Source of the DNA: an uncultured virus (IMG/VR IMGVR_UViG_3300046171_000167)
Taxonomy: Duplodnaviria; Heunggongvirae; Uroviricota; Caudoviricetes; Crassvirales
Direction: 5' to 3' (one strand)
Virus record (IMG/VR): IMGVR_UViG_3300046171_000167
DNA: 20,000 bases
This document shows, piece by piece, positions 16,502 to 20,000 of the stretch. Position 1 is the stretch's first letter, and each line of letters opens with the position of its first letter. The translations under genes and the position numbers were made by a program. The notes under the pieces were generated by a model that saw only the letters and a list, made by a program, of their open reading frames with translations, searched no databases and was not told where the DNA came from.

Positions 16502-17233
16502 TTACAATGTTTCATTTACAAAGTATTGTTTAGGATCGAAGCCTGGTGATTTAAAGAATAAATCATAAGCATCATTCGCTTTCGCAACCTTGTCTTCTCC
16601 TCTTGCAATAAAGTCAGGGGAGCAATCATATATACCTATCTGGTGTGTATTTTTATCTATCGCAATAAATATCATATCGTAACCGAATAACTGTTGATAT
16701 ATATAAGCTTGACTATCATAATTATAACGCCGCGCTGAGTACCTAAAGCCGTTTAAATCATTTGTTGTTTTAAGATCAATTATACATTGCTCGTCATGAT
16801 TTATAATATCAGCTTTACCTTTCCATTTATTAGAACCTATCTGCCTAGTGCCTGGAGTTTCGTACTCTACATTTATACCGTGGAGTAGATCGTTAACATG
16901 GTCATTGTTCTTTATTTTATCTACCATCCTTTCAATCATATCCACTTCGTGCTGCAATAAACAAATTTCACCTTCAGATAGCTCTTTATATTTCTTTGTA
17001 TTCCTTGTAGAACTTTCTATAATTTTAAACTTCTTAAGTTTATCTGGTTCAAGAATAGCTGTGTGAAAATATCCACCTACCATAAAAGGAACTGAGCTGC
17101 CGGATCTTTCTCCTAATTGCAACGGGTTAGTTAATAATGTTGATATATCTGAATTACTTAGAAACTGTTTACCAAATTCACCATAATATTGATCATCATC
17201 TCTTAACTTTTCTATAATTTCTTTATTGTTCAT
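16502..17233 (-). CDS. PD-(D/E)xK exonuclease (RecE/exonuclease VIII-like, DUF3799-type)
   Basis: LSNSDI, G-x-x-FHTAILEP, WKGKADI, IIDLKTT and YDSQAYIY motifs; next to an ERF annealase. Confidence 0.85.
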   Translation of the reverse strand: MNNKEIIEKLRDDDQYYGEFGKQFLSNSDISTLLTNPLQLGERSGSSVPFMVGGYFHTAILEPDKLKKFKIIESSTRNTKKYKELSEGEICLLQHEVDMIERMVDKIKNNDHVNDLLHGINVEYETPGTRQIGSNKWKGKADIINHDEQCIIDLKTTNDLNGFRYSARRYNYDSQAYIYQQLFGYDMIFIAIDKNTHQIGIYDCSPDFIARGEDKVAKANDAYDLFFKSPGFDPKQYFVNETL

Positions 17234-17771
17234 GCTTCTTTAGTTCTGCTAACGCTTTAACTGAAACGTTATATTTTGAATTAATAGCAGTTATTTTACC
17301 GCCGTTTTTAATATAGGCTACCGCTTTTTTAAATGCTTCTGTATTTAATTCTAATGAAGGTTTCTGTTTATTACTTTTACCTACGTTAGTTGCGTCTGCG
17401 TCTTGAGTATCGTCAATTAGTAATAAATTTCCAAGCGCATATTTTTTACCATAACTAGAAGCAGCACCGAACTGTTGTGCGGTTTGCATACCTTTCTGGT
17501 TAAGATCTACACCTACAATAGCTGTCGCTTCAATAGGCATTCCCTTTTCAGAATCAATAATAGATGCAGTGGATTTAATAATCGGTGTTACGTGATTATC
17601 AATCAACTCTTCTGTAATTGTAAAGTATACTTTATACTTCTCATTAAATGGCTTAAGTGCTTCTAGGATGTCTTCGGCAGAACGGAAGTTGTATTTGCCG
17701 AACGAGTTATAACGTGATTTTTTTGACTTAAACTCTTTTTGAATTAAACTTAATTTATCGTGTATTGTCAT
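17223..17771 (-). CDS. ERF-family single-strand annealing protein
   Basis: KSRYNSFGKYNFRSAEDIL and the ERF signature QQFGAASSYGKKYALGNLLLIDD-x-x-DAD. Confidence 0.9.
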   Translation of the reverse strand: MTIHDKLSLIQKEFKSKKSRYNSFGKYNFRSAEDILEALKPFNEKYKVYFTITEELIDNHVTPIIKSTASIIDSEKGMPIEATAIVGVDLNQKGMQTAQQFGAASSYGKKYALGNLLLIDDTQDADATNVGKSNKQKPSLELNTEAFKKAVAYIKNGGKITAINSKYNVSVKALAELKKHEQ

Positions 17772-17776
17772 ATTAA

Positions 17777-17785
17777 TATAATTAC
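17777..17785 (-). promoter_or_regulatory. Candidate promoter core GTAATTATA upstream of the ERF gene
   Basis: Same 9-mer as 6463-6471, in a 53-bp intergenic gap, but only 5 nt from the ATG. Confidence 0.25.
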
Positions 17786-17824
17786 GTGTTTATAATTTTA
17801 TTTAAACTAGTGATGTTATGTAAC

Positions 17825-18577
17825 TTAAAGGTAATCAAGCACTTGCGTAGGGTCTACGTTGTCAATAAGCTTGTCTATTGCTGCTCTCTTTATTTGTGAA
17901 ACCCTAACATAGTTTGCTATACCCTCTAGCTTTAATTGTTCCGCTATATCCTTTGCTGAGTGTTTATCACAATCCAACCCGTAGGATAATCTTATTACTT
18001 CATATTCTTTTTCATTAAGGTGTGTTTTCATTAACCCTAGTAAATAAGCATTAAGTAAATTAATATTGTAAGGCTCAGAGTTGTCGGGTATTTGAAAAAG
18101 ATTATTCTCATCATTCTCTATCATTTCATCAGTACTTTTAAATATACTGTTAAAAAACATTTCAACTATCTTTCTATCTTTACCTTCGTTTTTTCTAATC
18201 TCTATTAACTTATGCTCGGGTATTTTTATATCACCTCTATTAATATCTATAGCTCTTCGTATTGCCCCCTTAATTCTTTTACTAAAGAAACTTTTTAATG
18301 TTTTTTCTATATCTTCTGAGTCAACTAACTTATCCCAGTCTAATCTGTCTACTGCCATTGTAAGACCTAAGCTACCTTCTTGTATAAAGTCAGCAATAGT
18401 TAAAACACCGGAAGCTTGTTGTGAAGTAGAAAACTTTCTCGCTATTGTTTCGACTAGCGGTAAAAATTTAACGATCAACTCATCTCTAGAATAGTAATCG
18501 TAGAATTTGTTATCAGGCATGGATTTTTTTATATCTTCCTTATACCTAATATAGTTTTGTATGTTATATTTTTTCAT
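17825..18577 (-). CDS. Phage-encoded RNA polymerase sigma-70-family factor
   Basis: Region 2: LPLVETIARKF...DFIQEGSLGL-x-x-AVDR...RIKGAIRRAI. Region 4: LNEKEYEVIRLSYGL...AKDIAEQL...RVSQIK. Confidence 0.88.
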   Translation of the reverse strand: MKKYNIQNYIRYKEDIKKSMPDNKFYDYYSRDELIVKFLPLVETIARKFSTSQQASGVLTIADFIQEGSLGLTMAVDRLDWDKLVDSEDIEKTLKSFFSKRIKGAIRRAIDINRGDIKIPEHKLIEIRKNEGKDRKIVEMFFNSIFKSTDEMIENDENNLFQIPDNSEPYNINLLNAYLLGLMKTHLNEKEYEVIRLSYGLDCDKHSAKDIAEQLKLEGIANYVRVSQIKRAAIDKLIDNVDPTQVLDYL

Positions 18578-19190
18578 TATTTAATAACTCTTTTTCTCTT
18601 TTTAAACCCTCTGTAATATTTCTGTATATCGTTCTCGTCGATACTTGTAATGACTTTGCTATTTTAGTTATAGTTATTTTTTTACCCTCATCATGTAGTA
18701 AGAGCATGGTATCGTAAATGTCTTCTGCTGTAGCCTTCTTGCTTCTTCCAATTAATTGGCCTACTATGCTAAGCTTTTCATTTGTAGATAGCCCACAAAA
18801 ATCTTTAAATATAACTTTCCTAGCTTTATTCTTAGGTGGATGTTCTAGATCCATCATGCTCACGTCATATATTATCCTCTCCAATGTATTATCAGAGATT
18901 TTAAACGCTACAAAGCCATTCTGTTCTCTAGCAATTGTTTTAGCTAGGGATGTAAATTTATCTTGATCCAACTGAGGATTTAAATACCACAAGACTAACA
19001 AATGCCACCTCAATGATTTATATGTAGTTATCTTTGCTTTACTTCTAAATAACTCATAACATTCATGTGTACCATTCTCATAAAAGTAACCCCAATCATA
19101 CGTTTCTGAAGGTTTATCTTTTATTGGATACCTTCGGTATATAATTCTGTTACTATTTAAATAGTCCATTCTTCTTTCATACTGTGACAT
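18564..19190 (-). CDS. Hypothetical protein with C-terminal helix-turn-helix
   Basis: ITITKIAKSLQVSTRTIYRN is a clear HTH; the N-terminal part is unassigned. Confidence 0.7.
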   Translation of the reverse strand: MSQYERRMDYLNSNRIIYRRYPIKDKPSETYDWGYFYENGTHECYELFRSKAKITTYKSLRWHLLVLWYLNPQLDQDKFTSLAKTIAREQNGFVAFKISDNTLERIIYDVSMMDLEHPPKNKARKVIFKDFCGLSTNEKLSIVGQLIGRSKKATAEDIYDTMLLLHDEGKKITITKIAKSLQVSTRTIYRNITEGLKREKELLNNEKI

Positions 19191-19229
19191 TAGCCTGTTA
19201 CTCTATATTCATAACGACCTAACGTCGCA

Positions 19230-19412
19230 TTAGAATAAAATTAATTGTAATCTTCTGTTGTATTTCCTAATTAACCTTGCTTTATTGGTATTTATAATAC
19301 CTTCCAAAGCGTCGTGAAATATTTCACTATGTAGTTCTGCGATCATTTTTTGAACGAACGTTATGTGAACTTTTTTTCTTTTTAGTTTTTTTAATTTTGT
19401 CAGTAATTCCAT
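19230..19412 (-). CDS. Hypothetical basic protein (start uncertain)
   Basis: 60-aa ORF in the operon direction. It could start at 19455 (MSRKQ) if the 7-T run at about 19386-19392 carries an extra base. Confidence 0.5.
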   Translation of the reverse strand: MELLTKLKKLKRKKVHITFVQKMIAELHSEIFHDALEGIINTNKARLIRKYNRRLQLILF

Positions 19413-19423
19413 TATAGTTTACT

Positions 19424-19921
19424 TTAATTAAATGCAATGCTTGCTTTCTGCTCATAAATTGTTTCGTTTTTGTTAGCAACTTTCCACTTGTCGCCGATAT
19501 AATAATTCCAATATGCTTTAATACTGTTTCCAGTAACTTTATACTCGTCAGGCATACACTGAGGAGGCTCATTAAATGGTGTGTCAGGTATATTAGCTGG
19601 TGCAAAACTTAATATAGATGCACACTTTTCAATAGTTTTGTGTTTTTTACCATATCTAGCTGTATATTCTTGACCTAACGCGATCATATGGTTATATAAC
19701 CACATATATTGCGATTTATTTTCACGGCACCATATGCTTGATGGGTGATTGTAATGTGCTTTTTTGTAAGGTACATAGTAATCGTTACCGTATTTTTCAT
19801 TATAATGATGGTGAGCCGTGCATAGCATTTGTGCACTCTCTAAGATCATTTTTACTTTGTGTTTATCATAAAAATATGATGCTGCTATTGATGGTGATTT
19901 GTCTAAATAAAATATATTCAT
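19424..19921 (-). CDS. Pyrimidine-dimer DNA glycosylase (DenV/endonuclease V-like family)
   Basis: MNIFYLD...DKHKVKMILESAQMLCTAH...YKKAHYNHPSSIW...EYTARYGKKH...PPQCMPDEYK...AYWNYY family pattern. Confidence 0.8.
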   Translation of the reverse strand: MNIFYLDKSPSIAASYFYDKHKVKMILESAQMLCTAHHHYNEKYGNDYYVPYKKAHYNHPSSIWCRENKSQYMWLYNHMIALGQEYTARYGKKHKTIEKCASILSFAPANIPDTPFNEPPQCMPDEYKVTGNSIKAYWNYYIGDKWKVANKNETIYEQKASIAFN

Positions 19922-19936
19922 GGTTGTTAATTTATT

Positions 19937-19960
19937 ATGTTATCGGGCTATTGTCGTATT
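19937..19960 (-). promoter_or_regulatory. Candidate phage promoter AATACGA-N9-GATAACAT
   Basis: Intergenic, 15 nt upstream of the ATG at 19921; second copy of the motif at 16474-16497. Confidence 0.65.
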
Positions 19961-19964
19961 AACC

Positions 19965-20000
19965 TTATAAATTTTTAAGTCTTTCAATCTTCTTTCTGTA
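19965..20000 (-). CDS. 3' end of an upstream gene, truncated by the window edge
   Basis: Reads ...YRKKIERLKNL* and stops just before the promoter motif, the same layout as at 16502. Confidence 0.4.
   Translation of the reverse strand, partial: YRKKIERLKNL

Noticed and set aside
324..19962. Other short shadow ORFs (324, 1639, 4740, 10276, 12648, 13472, 14813, 15680, 15747, 16848, 17475, 18718, 19327, 19738)
   Set aside because: They overlap stronger genes on the opposite strand or in another frame and show no independent coding signal. Only the 3' part of the 19327 ORF might be real, if another frameshift exists near 19390.
1..20000. tRNA, rRNA, CRISPR array, integrase or transposase
   Set aside because: I saw no cloverleaf, regularly spaced repeats or recombinase/transposase motifs, and the intergenic gaps are nearly all too short.

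Overview
This window is part of an AT-rich, tailed dsDNA bacteriophage genome. The host is probably a Bacteroidota/Flavobacteriia cell; this is an inference from AT-rich starts without Shine-Dalgarno sequences and from the gene set. Two arms converge on a terminator region at about 8034-8140. The + arm (1-8033) holds the 3' part of one giant gene, which the ORF track shows as about 9 fragments. Removing 13 single extra bases restores one open frame of more than 2,140 aa. That frame contains a hidden HExxH zincin protease, a possible sigma-region-2-like segment, a PD-(D/E)xK nuclease and a HAD phosphatase, separated by repeated K-x-S-[AE]-R linkers. A lysis-like cassette with an M15 peptidase and two small basic proteins follow. 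The - arm is a replication and nucleotide-metabolism operon: DenV-like glycosylase, HTH protein, sigma-70 factor, ERF recombinase, exonuclease, SSB-like protein, primase-helicase, thyA, a GIY-YIG-like/MazG fusion, endonuclease I-like resolvase, nrdB and nrdA. The frameshifts are strongly stereotyped (mostly CT to CCT on the + strand whatever the gene direction) and are most likely sequencing artefacts. Two copies of a candidate phage promoter (AAYACGA-N9-GATAAYAT) are present. All domain calls come from motif recognition by eye; no database searches were run.
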